The translations under genes were made by a program, and so were the position numbers. Of a stretch of DNA of 64,000 nucleotides, positions 35,809 through 48,436 are shown piece by piece. How positions within the stretch are numbered: position 1 is the first letter of the stretch; each line of letters opens with the position of its first letter. Location of the stretch: the NCBI RefSeq assembly GCF_018350175.1, contig NC_058377.1, forward strand, positions 102,920,001 to 102,984,000, written 5' to 3'. The notes beneath the pieces were generated by a model. It was not told the origin of the DNA. It saw only the letters and a program-made list of their open reading frames with translations, and ran no database searches. The DNA comes from Felis catus. Taxonomy: Eukaryota.

Positions 35809-36879
35809 CAATAATTCCTCACATTTAAAACCATGAATTATATTCATTGGTAAACTGATAGGGAGTGATGGGAGAAATAAAATAATAATGAAGTAATATC
35901 CTCAATCTGTATAAGGAAGGATTCAAGAGATATTTCATTCGGACGTGACTAATCACAGAAATACCTATTCAAACGTATATTTCTATAATGATCATATGTA
36001 GAATAAGTCACAGCATATCCATCCCAAATGACCCGATTAAGAGTACATATAGTGCAGAGAACAAAAGGCTGAAACAAAGGAAAATGTGAACAAGCATATA
36101 AGATGAAATGGCTTAAACAAGAAAAGTAAATGTTTAATTTCTGCAAACAAGTTTAAATGAAGTTGATGTTCCATTAAAGACAGAGTCTCATATTTACATC
36201 ATAGGCACATCCACCCAGTGTACACACAAAGACCTAGAAAGGCTGGCATTACTTTGGTTTAGCATGACATTTTGTGACTGAGCCAATGCAAGGGGACAGA
36301 AAAAAGGAGATAGAGGATTTCACGAACTGAAAACACAACAGAACCAATCGAAAAATTAGGACCACCCCGACAGTCAGTCCACTGGCTAGTCATTTTGTAA
36401 TTATGTGATTTTATTACGTATGACAAAACCTGATAAGATGTTACGTGGCTATAAATTATGAAAATTAACAATGGACTGCTTAAGAAACACCTGATAATTA
36501 CAGGCTGCTAAAAATTTTTGTGGGATAAGGCGTGTACCAGAACAATGAAAGACTGGGAACGAAAATGATACAATTTTCAGTAAGTTCATATTCATATCTG
36601 CCATGGGTCTAAATGTTCACGCCATCGTTACAAAAGCTAAAACTGGAATTAACATATCCTGAGAATCAAGGCTTTGATTTCAGGTGATACAGACTCAAAG
36701 CCCTCGGCTTTAGATCCAAAGGTTGATGAATAAGTTCCCCTTTGAATATTTTAAGTTAAAGTAAATGATTATGGTAAGTATGTACTTCATGCTTTGTTTG
36801 GATCTTAGGGCTTTCTGGGTTTTGTTTGTTTGTTTTGTTTTGTTTTTTAATCAATGTTAGTTAGAAAGTGCCTTTCCCA

Positions 36880-37095
36880 GGGCGCCTGGGTGGCTCAGTC
36901 GGTTAAGCATTGGACTCTTGGTTTCGGCTCAGGTCACGATCTCACGTTTCATGAATTTGAGCCCTGTGTCGGGCTCTGTGCTGACAGCACAGAGCCTGCT
37001 TGGAATTCTCTCTCTCTCTCTGTTCCTCCCCTGCTCCCTCTCTCTCCTTCTCTCTCTCTCAAAAATAAATTAATAAACTTAAAAAATTTTAAAAA
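36880..37095 (+). mobile_element. CAN-SINE
   Basis: TSD agaaagtgcc(t/c)ttccc. Confidence 0.95.
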
Positions 37096-38731
37096 GAAAG
37101 TGCCCTTCCCTCAAACAACCACCAAAAGGAATGAGTGAATAATAAATAAGACACCAGGGAATAAACCTAAGGAGTAACAAGTAGGAACTATTTGAAGAAA
37201 ACTGTTACATGGCTGGATGGAAAACCCAATATTTTAGTGTTAACTGGCTCTGAAGGAATGTGTAATTTCTATGAAATTCCTATCAAAATCCCTAGAAGAA
37301 TAAACAGATGGAAAGACAAGAGAGCTAAAAAAAAAAAAAAATGAGTGCCATCACAGAACAGAATTTGCATCACAAGATGTTAAAATAGATCACAAATGAT
37401 CATATGTTATAAAATAGATCCTATGTTATGTCATAAATCAAAATGGCGTTCGTAGAGCACCAGAGATCCAGCACGTTAGAACAGAAAGAATCATTAACAG
37501 TAGCCGATCGTTCGATAGCATTCATTTGGTCAGGCATTGATTTATGCAGTTTACATTCCTTGACTTATTTCACAACGGTCCTCTAAAAAGGGGCTCTTGT
37601 ACCTGTTGTATGGATGAGAAAACTGAGGCCCAGAGAGGTTAAGTAACTTGCCCAAAGCTGTCACCACAGCTAGCACGTGCCAGAATGGGAATTTAAACGT
37701 AAGTTGGCTCCAGAGTCTCTTGTCTTAATCACTGTGTTATATTGCTTCTGTCTATTATGTGCATCAGTTTTATTATTTGTAAAATGGATCTGAAAATACA
37801 TGTATCTACTTCGTAGGTTGTTGTCAGACTTTGTCAAAGGAATTATTTTATAAAAGTACTTAGAACAGTCCAGGCACAGAGTATACATGCAATGGATACG
37901 AACTATTGTCACTATTTCAAATCAATTCGAGAGGACCAACAGTTTCCTGATATGGACTCAGGACAATGGGCTAATCATTTAAAAAAAAGAACTCCCTAAC
38001 ACATTATGTATCAACATTTATTTCTGATGGACTTAAGATTCAAATATTTTAAAAAGAGGAAGAAAACTACAAGATAGTGAAGATGAACGTTTTTCAGTCC
38101 AAAGAGTACAGATGATTTGCAAGCAAATGTGCTGCACGCATAAAAAGATTGATATTTTGACAGAATAAAAATTTAAAAGATCTGTGGGTCAAAAATAAAA
38201 TAAGCAAACTAAATAGAAGGTGAAATCTTATATAATTCACCAAAAATAAACCCATCAATAGAAAAACAAATAGAGGATCTGAACAGGCAATTCAAAAAAG
38301 AAATATGCAAACGCAAACAAATATATGCAAATCCAATGTCATTAATACTCAAATAAATATACAATGAAACAAGATCAGATACTATTTTCTGCTTATAAAC
38401 TGACAGTAGCGGAAAAAAAGATAATCCCTGCTGTTGTTAAAGTTTCAAGGAGAGACACATCCCTGACTATTGTTAGTGGAAGTAGAAGGTGCTAGAAAAA
38501 TTTCTGAAGTATAATCTGGAGATACGTAATAGGAGACTTGAGTAAATGCCTACATTTTGCTTCAGTGATATTCTTTTTAAAAATTTATTCTTATAGACTA
38601 TGAGTCTGTGCATAAAATTATTACAGTTTTCAATATAACAGTGAAAAACTGTGTCAACCAAAATATCAGTAATAAGAAAATGGTTAATCCATGTGAGAGA
38701 ACATGTAATCATTTAAAAATGATATTGCAGA

Positions 38732-39120
38732 CTATTGACAAGAGCCAAAGTATGGAAAGAGCCCAAATGTCCATCGACGGATAAATGGATAAAGAAGATG
38801 AGGTATATATATATAATGGAATATTACTCAGCAATAAAAAACAATGAAATCTTGCCATTTGCAATATATGATTTCACTCATATGTGAGAATTAAGATACA
38901 AAACACATGAACATAAAGGAAGGGAATCAAAAATAATATAAAAACAGAGAGGGAGACAAACCATAAGAGACCTTAAATACAGAGAACAGACCGAGGGCTG
39001 CTGCAGGGGAGGTTGGTGGGGGGATAGGTTAAACAGGTATGGGCATTAAAGAGGGCACTTGTTGGGATGAGCACTGGGCGTTATATGTAAGTGATGAATC
39101 ACTAAATTCTATTCCTGAAA
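38732..39120 (+). mobile_element. Carnivore L1 3' end inserted into an older L1M
   Basis: Typical carnivore L1 ORF2-end and 3' UTR sequence. Degenerate TSD aaaaa(t/gc)gat(a/g)ttgcaga. Internal deletion of roughly 65 bp relative to the recalled consensus. Confidence 0.8.
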
Positions 39121-40274
39121 AAAAAGCGATGTTGCAGAAAATTATTTAATAAGATCTAGAAGGCTCATGAAGAAGCAGATTATAAAAAAGCATTACATCA
39201 TGATTCCATTTAAAAAACAATTATATCTACTCATAAATTGAAAGAACATTTTTAAAAATGTTAATAATAGATATTGATGGGGGAGTGGGATTGAGAATCT
39301 TTTTCTTTATGACTTACGCTTCTCTGTCTTTACAAATTTTATAATGAACATACACAATTTGGCAATCATATAGCAAATTAAAATTTTTCCTCTGTGCATT
39401 GGTGTCTCAACATGGTGTTGGGAAGGAGGGCTGGTAGAGTGTCAGTCACACGGATTTTTGTAGTCAATGAGATCTGGTTATGAAATCTAGTCCCCTTATA
39501 TTTGCTAATTTAATTTCCACATTAATTATGTTACTTGGTAAGCCTTGGTTCTCTAATGTATGATGGAGGAAGTGAATCTGGTGCCTAATAGGGAATTTAT
39601 GAAGATTAAATATTTCAAAAAATAATGTGTCTGGGGATAGCAAGCATCCAACTGCCCTCCCCTCTCTTTTCTCACGGTGGTGAGTTTCCTTTGGATATTT
39701 ACCGTTCGTTCTTGTCTCTTCCAGAGTGGAAGAGCTTCCTCTACAGCTGAATCCTTCCAGGTTGTACAGTTGCTCTCATAAACCTTGAATAATAATAGTA
39801 ACAGAAAATAAGGAAGAGTAAAACAAAGTGAAAGTGAGATTTCAGTAAAATAATTAAAATTATGTGTGGTGAAAACCACATAAGAGATCTGGATTCAAGA
39901 AAACATTTCAAAATGATTCTATCGGATTAAGACATGGGCATTGAATGTGCAGCACTGTACCTCATGAGAACATGCGAGATTTGGTACAAGACATAATCTG
40001 GGGATAAAGTAAGACATGTAGTATTGGAACCTGATGTCTGCCAGGACAAGTCACTACAAGGTGATTTCAAGGAGCAACTCGCACACACATCCAAGGTGGG
40101 TCTACATAGCCTATTGAAAAACCAGACGCAACAGAGTTTGTGTTTACAAAATAGGGCTTTCCTCTTCAGGGTTCATTTTCAAAGGTTTTTCACTCTGCTG
40201 TTCTCAAAGAACCTCCCAACCCTGTTATCATCACTACCTGTGAATTCACTTGATTTCCAGCTACTTGTATTCCT

Positions 40275-40284
40275 TCCCTGGGGA
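40275..40284. promoter_or_regulatory. Perfect O/E (Ebf) site upstream of OR10Q1
   Basis: TCCCTGGGGA matches TCCC-NN-GGGA. A single 10-mer can occur by chance. Confidence 0.35.
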
Positions 40285-40870
40285 GTTCATGCTTAAAGCA
40301 CTCAACTCTGGTAGTGCCCGTCTGATAAACATTTCAGTCAGGGCTACATTTAAGCAATATTTAAGGGCAAGAATGTCTCTCTTGTTCATCAGTGTATCCC
40401 TATGGCCATTGATTTGATTCAAACTAAATCGGATTATTTTGTGGTTAAATTTCGTGCCCTTTAAACTTCCTTTAAAAGCCAACGTCGGGTGGCTCCTTCT
40501 ACAGCCCAGTTAGCCTGCAATTCCTCCAGCTCCACCTTGACTGGGACTTCCTCAGTCCAGTGGTTATTTAGTTTGTTTGTCTGCTACAGGGCATAAAGCA
40601 GGGCTCGGGTGGGATAGATTCAGTTGATGAGTAGTGGGAAGCACTGATGTACGTGTTGAGCCAGTAAGTTTGAGAATGTTGGGAAACTCAGGTAATGATT
40701 ATTCCTCAATAGCCAATGAAGCAGTATTGGAGTTTGTAATGTATTGCATCCTGGCAACGCATAAACAGCATGCATGTAACACAGAAACACTTTTGAAAAT
40801 GTCAGGGAACCATGAAACCACGGCCAGGTCCCGCCATAGGTCAAACGTGTACTCTTTTAGAAAATATGCA

Positions 40871-41072
40871 GGGGCACCTGGTTGGTTCAGTCAGTGAAGC
40901 GTCCGACTTTGGCTCAGGTCATGATCTCATGGTTTGTGAGTTTGAGCCCCACGTCGGGCTCTGTGCTGAGGGTTCAGAACCTGGAGCCTGCTTTGGATTC
41001 CGTGTCTCCCTCTCTTTCTGTCCCTTCCCTGCTCACACAATCTCTCTCTCTCTCTCTCAAAAATAAATAAAA
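40871..41072 (+). mobile_element. CAN-SINE
   Basis: Full structure. Confidence 0.95.
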
Positions 41073-42905
41073 CAGAAAGTTGAATCCTTATATCTGGGAA
41101 CTGTAAGGGGACTCAAGAGACGTCAGTTCTATCCTCTTGTATCCTACATGCAAAAACTGAGGTCCACCAAGATGAAGCCTTGTCCAAAGGCACGTGGCTG
41201 GTTATGGGCAAACCTGAGGCCAGAATCCACACTGGATGTATTAGTTAGCAGAGAGTAGAGTCTATGTATATCAATACCTCACTTTTCACCTATATCAAGG
41301 GCTGCTTAACTTACCTAGAGACTGCAAACATCTAGGCAAAACAGGATACTTGGTATGACTCTGGTAGTGTTGCTAAAAAACATGCCCAGACTCAGACTAC
41401 TACTGTGCACACAGGTAAGGGAGGCCACATCTTTTGCAAATATTTTGAGAGCTCTTTAATACATCTCCTGCCCCCCAAACTATTTCCCTTAGATACATCC
41501 TACTCCTCTTTCAGAGCTCAGTTCAGTTCTTCCCCAGAAAACTTTTCCTGATTCTCATTTTCCCCCAACTCTAGAGATAGGTGCTCCCTCTGTGAACTTC
41601 CAGAAAACCCCTTCATCTCAACTCTAAGGTCATGCATAGTAACTTACCCATAAATAAATCAAGTGAACATTTATTGAGTGTCTGTTATTAACTCAAGTCT
41701 TGGGCTCAGCTATGTAGAGGGATCTAAGAAAATTACGACTTAATTGCCAAATTCAGCCTTATAAGGAAACAAAGCACCTGAGAAGAGAATTTAAACATCT
41801 TCTGAGGAACCAGTTTTGAAACTGTGTTCCTTAGAACATGAGCTGTTGGCGATGCTTCAGGAATGAGTTTGATGACATTGAAAACATTCACACTCTTCCT
41901 CAAGGTTCACGATGCATATTAGTACAATAAAGTTCTCTGAGGTCCTATTGTAAAGCAAAGAGCTTAATTTTGCCTGAAAAATTTCCAGCTATTTTCACCA
42001 TGGAATACTTCGGTTTTCACATAGCACCATTAAATTGCTTATGATTTAATAACGTTACTGGAAAAAAATGAGTTTCATGCTATACTCTTTAGGATGGTCC
42101 CGAGGAGGAAATAGTGAAAGAAAAGGCAAAAGACGTGTTTCATACTGGCTTTATACTTATCAGGTATATGAAACTGAGCAATTCAATCACTTATCAGAGT
42201 TTCCTTTTCTGTATCTGTGAAAGTGGATAGTAACACACACTCTGATAATTCATTGGTTTTCCACAATTTAATATTGATATACATGAGTATTTTTCCCCAA
42301 TAGTAAACATTATAGGAATTTGTGTTTCTATTATTATTTTTAAAAATAAAATCTAAATCAAATCAATCAAAGGAATTAAGTCTCTTGAGATGCTCTCTTA
42401 CCATTTTGAAATTTGCTTCATTCCATCAGCCTTCTAAGGAAATTCACTAAAGAGAAGGTTACCTTTTTTTCCCCTTTTCCTTTTTTTTTTCTGAGTTGCT
42501 CAGTTCCCACCCTGTAGGATAAAGGAGCTCTCTCTCAGAGTTCACTGACTTTTACAGGATAAAATGCAGTGAGGATCCATGAACTTTGCATGGTGCAATA
42601 TGTCCTGGAGAGGAGAAGTAGATGCTATGTGATACCTACAATATCCAGGTAAAAACAGAGAAGTTTCCTCTACATGCTAATATTCAGGAGAAGAGACACC
42701 TCTTAGAAATTTATGGTCAAGGTGAAGTAGGGTAAGAGAGATATCCTTTGGAAGGATGATCCTGTCGAATAATCCTAATTCAAGTTTGGAATTAGAAGTC
42801 TAGTCTCTTCCTTAACCATAGGAAATAAATTCTGGTACAGCCACTCAGAGTCCAGTCTTGTCTGATCTAGTCAGATCATTTAGTGTCCTTTGTAAAAGGT
42901 CTTTA

Positions 42906-42927
42906 AAATTAATGAGTCCCCAAAGAG
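42906..42927. promoter_or_regulatory. Candidate composite homeodomain (Lhx2) plus O/E (Ebf) motif
   Basis: aattAATGA-g-TCCCCAAAGAG: TAATGA one base from an O/E-like CCC-NN-AGAG site, in about 1 kb with no recognisable repeat. Confidence 0.45.
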
Positions 42928-43908
42928 GAGGAATTTCCCCAATGGTTTCCCCTCAAACTGAACCCAACTAGAGAAAAGTATTTGAGGAAAATTATTTTCT
43001 GAATTGACGAACTCAGCCAGTTGCCAATGGGCAACTCTTCTGTGTGGCCACTGTAGACATTTACTATCCGAGAATTCCATGAGGGTCTCCTCATTCCTTT
43101 CCTGTACCCGCCAGGGAACTTTCTAACGTTGTGTTCCAGACAGTTTCCCAGTGAGCATTGTTGAATGCCCACGTTCATTTCAGCCTGAACTCACGGCGTA
43201 TGTGTGATGCACTAATTCAGCACTAGCCTAGGCATCTGGGGATCTAAAGTATAGTTACAGCTCTGCCACGGGGCTCCTTCATCTTCGGCAAATACTGAAG
43301 CTCTAACATGGGCTCCTCATGTGGGGTGCGAGGTCATTGATTAATAGACATCATGGATCCTTTCAGCTCTAAACTTCTATGAACAGTGGGTGCCTTTTTC
43401 TTGAGAAGCAGAAAATTTATGAAGGATTTTCCCATAATCATTCCTTCTGGTCTATGGCCTCATTTCCTCTTATCTTACTTGTTTTTGTTTCTTGATTAAC
43501 TTTTTTCTCTGCTGATACTTTCTTAGTCATTAAAAGGTGGTGTTTTGTTTTGTTTTGTTTTGTAATTATAGTTACGTTTCCAACTCTGCCTTGCCATGTT
43601 TTTCTTATTTGTTTCTCCCTTCCCACCTCCCTCCAGACTTCATGGACTTAAAATCACATACCTTCTCATCATTGCTGCCATTTATTTTTAGCCACGTTCG
43701 GCCTCCTTGTCTCATGTCCATTATCAACAATACATTTTTAGTCAATATGTAACAAATATTTATTGAACTCCTGTTGTGAGGTAGGCCCTTCTGCCAACTC
43801 TCCGGATACTTCAGTGTACAAAATAGACAACTATTTTGTCCTCACAGAGATTGTGTTCTTGGAGAGGGGAGAACAGATCGCAAGCAATAAATAAGAATAC
43901 GCACATTT

Positions 43909-44112
43909 GGGGCGCCCAGGTGGCTCAGTTGGTTGAGCGTCCGACTTCGGCTCAGGTCACGATCTCACGGTTGGTGGGTTCCAGCCCCACGGCGGGCTCT
44001 GTGCTGGCAGCTCAGAGCCTGGATGGAGCCTGCTTCGGATTCTGTGTCTTCCTCTCTCTCTGCCCTCCCCTGCTGATGTTCTGTCTCTCTCTCAAAAATA
44101 AATAACCATTAG
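43909..44112 (+). mobile_element. CAN-SINE, left arm of an inverted pair
   Basis: Preceded by aagaatacgcacattt. Confidence 0.95.
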
Positions 44113-44127
44113 AAAAATACGCACGCT

Positions 44128-44335
44128 AAATTTTTCTTAATGTTTATTTATTTTAGAGAGAAACAGAGTGCGGGCAGGGGAGAGGCAGAGAGGGAGGGAG
44201 ACACAGAATCTGAAGCAGGCTCCAGGCTCTGAGCTGTCAGCACAGAGCTCGACACGAGGCTCCAACCCACGAACCGTGAGATCATGACCTGAGCTGATGT
44301 CGGAGGCTTAGCAGACTGAGCCACCCGGGCGCCCC
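44128..44335 (-). mobile_element. CAN-SINE, right arm of the inverted pair
   Basis: Followed by aagaatacgcacattt. Confidence 0.95.
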
Positions 44336-44867
44336 AAGAATACGCACATTTCATAACATGCCAGAGGGGTGGGTGCTATAGAGAAGAAGCAGAACGGGGT
44401 AAGGGTAATGGGAGAGAGAGCAGGAGAGAGTGATGTTCTAGGCAAGACGGGTGCAGAGGGCTATTCTGCGTTCCAGGAAGGCTTCTGCAAGGCAGTGAAC
44501 AGATCTACGAAATGATGTGCCAGCCACAGGAAGGGAAAAAAAAGGCTTAGGGCAGAGGCAACTTCACGTGGAAAGGTCTTCTCTGAAGCCGAAATAAGCA
44601 AATCAGATTTTTCCGTAAAGGTCCAAGGTATCTAAAGTCTATGTGAGTGAAGACAGCTTGCCTTTTATATTCGTGGCAATGGCCAAGTAAATCTGTGCTC
44701 GTTCTTATGACTGAACGGGTGGGTAAGTGCATATGGGGGCTGTACTCAGACCCATTTTCCTGTCTGTCCCACACAGATACATTTATTTGTTCAGATGACC
44801 TCATTCCCACAAACATCTTTTACATCCTTGCCATAGTTTCCACATAATTGTAGGTTATAAACGTTTT

Positions 44868-45090
44868 TCTTTTAAAAAATTTTTTGTAACATTTCCTTTT
44901 ATTTTTGAGAGAAAGAAACCGAGCACGAGCGGGGGAGGGGCACAGAAAGAGGGAGACACAGACTCCGAAGCAGGTGCCAGGCCCTGAGCTGTCAGCACAG
45001 AGCCGGAGGCGGGGCTCCAACCCACGAACTGTGAGATCATGACCTGAGCCGAAGTCGGACACTGAACTGACTAAGCCACCCAGGCGTCCC
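44868..45090 (-). mobile_element. CAN-SINE
   Basis: Full structure. Confidence 0.95.
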
Positions 45091-46099
45091 AACATTTTTC
45101 TTTTTAAAGGTCATGTTCATACTTATACTTTTTGTGACTATTTAATAGTATTGATGTTCCACAATTTATTAAACCATTCACTAATACTGGACATTTAGGG
45201 TGTTTTAATTTTTATTTTTTACTACTTCAGATAAATATATAGCTAATATAGACCATTTGATTCCTTTAGTCATCCTATAAACTTTCTTATCGCCCCTACG
45301 GTTAATTTGCACGGATATTTTTATATGATTTAGAAGGTAATTATGATGTATGATACACTTCACATTTGTTAAGAGGATAAATCTCATGTTGTGTTCTTAC
45401 CACAATAATTTTTTTTTTTAGTTTTTAGAATCACAAGACATTTTTTTAAAGGGCAGCAAGAGTATTTTGAAAACATCAGCAAAAGCTTTACAGAAATCAA
45501 CTTTGAAAAGTTCATGCTTTACATTTGCCAACGATGGCATCTAATTAACTCAATTATGATAAATAAAATATACATGATCTTGATAGACTTATTTTCCTTT
45601 TATGGGCACTCCTTGATAAACTCCCAGCTCCCGGAGTTTGGTAGAATCAACCACAACAAGTTCAATACTACATAATCGAGCACACTCCACAGCAATTGCA
45701 ACGACAAACTGGTCCAAGCTTAGCAGCGGGAACCTTGCAGCGTCCGTGGTTCCGACGCAGGGGTAATGGCTCATAACACTGCTAATATTTTCTGAATGTT
45801 TTCTCTATGCCAGGCAATTGTACTAAGTTTAAATATATGTAAATACATGAATACGTTAAAAAACCATGGTACCAAGTGAGATTACTTTAGGGGGGGGAGG
45901 GAAATCAGAAAGAAGGCCAAGGACTGAGCACCAACATCTGGGTGTCGGGACAATAAAGAGCGTCCAGCCAAGGACAATGAGGAGGATGAATATAAGGACA
46001 GGGAGGCTTAATGAAGTACCATCCACATGCCCATCATTGTGAATCTATGATTGCAACAACCACATTTCTTCTGATCTGGGCATCTGAGGGGGTGGCTGG

Positions 46100-46494
46100 T
46101 GACGCAGGCGGCAAGGAATTGCACTAAGAGTAGAGCAATGAGCAGAACAGAGTTTATTCGCTCTGCAAGGGAGGAGAGGGGCCAGACATCAAGAGGAATG
46201 TCGACCCCGAGTTTCTGTTAGCCGGGCCTTTAAACGTTTTCTAAAAAAATTTTTTCATGTTTATTTATTTTTTGAGAGAGAGAGAGAGAGAGACAGAATG
46301 TGAGCAGGGGAGGGGCAGAGAGAGAGGGAGACAGAGAATCCAAAGCAGGCTCCAGGCTCCGAGCTGTCAGCACAGAGCCCGACGTGGGGCTCGAGCTCAC
46401 AAGCGGTGAGATCATGACCTGAGCTGAAGTCGGACGCTTAACTGACTGAGCCACCCAGGAGCCCCTCAACGTTTTTTTTTTTTTTAATTTTCTT

Positions 46495-46526
<32 letters not shown>

Positions 46527-46564
46527 CATGAGCAGGGGAGAGGGGCAGAGGGTAAGAGAGAGAG

Positions 46565-46606
<42 letters not shown>

Positions 46607-46990
46607 CCTGCTCAGCGTGGTGCCTGACATGGGGCTTGATCCCGCAACTCTGGATCATGACCAGAGCCAAAATTAAGCGTTGGATGTCAACCGACTGAGC
46701 CACCCAGGCACCCCTAGGCTAGGCCTTTTAACGGGTTTTAAGGATGTAAGAGGGTTGCAGCTGTGCCCATGTGGGAAAGTGAGTGGCGGGATCCACTATT
46801 GGCCGGGTAGAGCAGGAGGTGACCAGTTCCTTGGGGGGACTCCGTATGGGGCTCGTCTGCGATGTGGGTTGTGGTCCAGCTAGAAAAGAATATGTTTTGT
46901 AGTTGTGGTCTATTTTCTGAGACCGGGAGCACCATAACGCAGAAAAACAAAGAGTTGGGGCCAAGTCCAGATGCCTGTGAGCTTGGTCTG
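46100..46990 (-). mobile_element. Probable ERV LTR hosting two nested SINEs
   Basis: Starts tgacgcagg with a reverse AATAAA (gagtttattcg) about 50 bp in. Sequence ggccttt(a/t)aacg is repeated on both sides of the SINE block. The right limit is uncertain. Confidence 0.5.
46237..46714 (-). mobile_element. Two CAN-SINEs: a younger one (46237-46465) in the tail of an older one (46472-46714)
   Basis: aacgtttt flanks the first SINE. ggccttt(a/t)aacg flanks the pair. Confidence 0.92.
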
Positions 46991-47029
46991 GAAGCTTGAC
47001 TGGGGAGCAGGCTTTGAATAGAAACTTTT

Positions 47030-47600
47030 CAACATCCAAAATATATTTTAAGTGCCACATACCCAAAACACAATTCTTGATTTTCCTCACTAAATTTTAC
47101 TTTCTCCTAGGAGTCTCAGTTTTAGTAGATGGCATCTCATTCCACTTTTAGAAGTCAAAAAAAAAAAAATGAAGTCTTCCTTGACTCCCCTCTTTCACTC
47201 ACACCCCACATCCCGTCTGTACAAAATTCTATTGGCTTTACCTTCCAAAGACATCAGAAATGTGATTCCTTGCCTAGATTGTTACAACAGATGCCTAACA
47301 AGACTCTGGTCCCCTGTTTTCTCTCAAATAGCGTATTTTCTACTCCACAAGCAGAGTGATTTACTTAAAATATAAGCCTGATAATGCTCCCACTCCACTC
47401 AAATCTCTCCCGTGGCCTTGTACCTTAGGGTGAAATCGAAGCTCTTACTATGGTCTATACATTGCTTCACGATTCTGACTTTGTGTAATTTCTTATCTCC
47501 TTTCATATCTTATCTGCTACCATACCACCGTCTGTTGCTTTCTGCTTCACCCTGTGTCTAGAGTAAAACAGCCTCCTTGCTGTTTGGCTCACCGGGCATT
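47030..47600 (+). mobile_element. L2 remnant
   Basis: ccttgactcccctctttcactcacaccccacatcc and gcagagtgatttacttaaaatataagcctgat are typical L2. Confidence 0.75.
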
Positions 47601-47998
47601 GGGCACTTTGTTCTGGAAAGAGTAATAGAGCATATTGATTAAGTGGGTGGACTCAGATGCTCTGTTTCCTGGGTTTGATCTCTGGTTATGCGTCTCACCA
47701 TTTTTTTTTAAACCTTGTATAGTAATTTAACCTTTCTGTGCATCCGTTTCCTTATCTATGAATTGGGGATAATAATGATATGCCTCTTCTAAAGTTTTGG
47801 AAAGGATAAATGAATAAAACCTTGTAAGTGATCACGAAGGGGTCAGCTATCATCATCATCGTCGTCATCATCATCATCATCATCACCGTCGTCATCCATG
47901 AAGCAGAAAAGAAGGACTAGGACTTGACAGCATATCCACAAGAAGTTTATAGGTTTAAGTTTCTTTTTTTCTTTTTTTTTTTTAAGTTTATTTACTTA

Positions 47999-48225
47999 GG
48001 GGCGCGTGGGTGGCTCAGTCGGTTAAGCGTCCGACTTCAGCTCTGGTCATGATCTCACAGCTTCCGGGTTCGACCCCCGCGTTAGGCTCTGTGCTGAGGG
48101 CTCAGAGGTGGAGTCTGCTTCGGATTCTGTCTCCCTCTCTCTCTGCCCTCCCCCCCCCCCCCCCCCCCCCCCCCCGCTCACTCTCTGCCTCTCTCTGTCT
48201 CTCTTTCTCAAAAGTAAAGAGAACA
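47999..48225 (+). mobile_element. CAN-SINE with a poly-C expansion
   Basis: Head, a long C run within the (CT)n region, and a tail. Confidence 0.93.
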
Positions 48226-48247
48226 TTTAAAAATAGAGAGAAAGAGA

Positions 48248-48436
48248 CTAGAATTCTCTCTCCACAATATGAGGTGACAACGAGAAGACAGGAAACCAGG
48301 AAGGGTGTCCTCACTAGATGCTGGCACATTGATTGATCTCGGACTTACTGTTTCCAGAACTTTGAGGGATACATTTCGGCTGTTTAAGCCACTCAGCCTG
48401 TGGTGTTTTGTTACAGCAGCCCATGCCAACTAAAAC
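48248..48436 (+). mobile_element. MLT1 3' half
   Basis: gtttaagccactcagcctgtggtgttttgttacagcagccc..aactaaaaCA terminus. Confidence 0.8.

Larger units (their letters stand above)
35040..39400 (+). mobile_element. Ancient fragmented L1M remnant, interrupted by SINEs, MIRs and a younger L1
   Basis: A-rich plus strand with degenerate ORF1/ORF2/3' UTR-like stretches (e.g. gaacaggcaattcaaaaaagaaatatgcaa). Limits are approximate. Confidence 0.55.
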
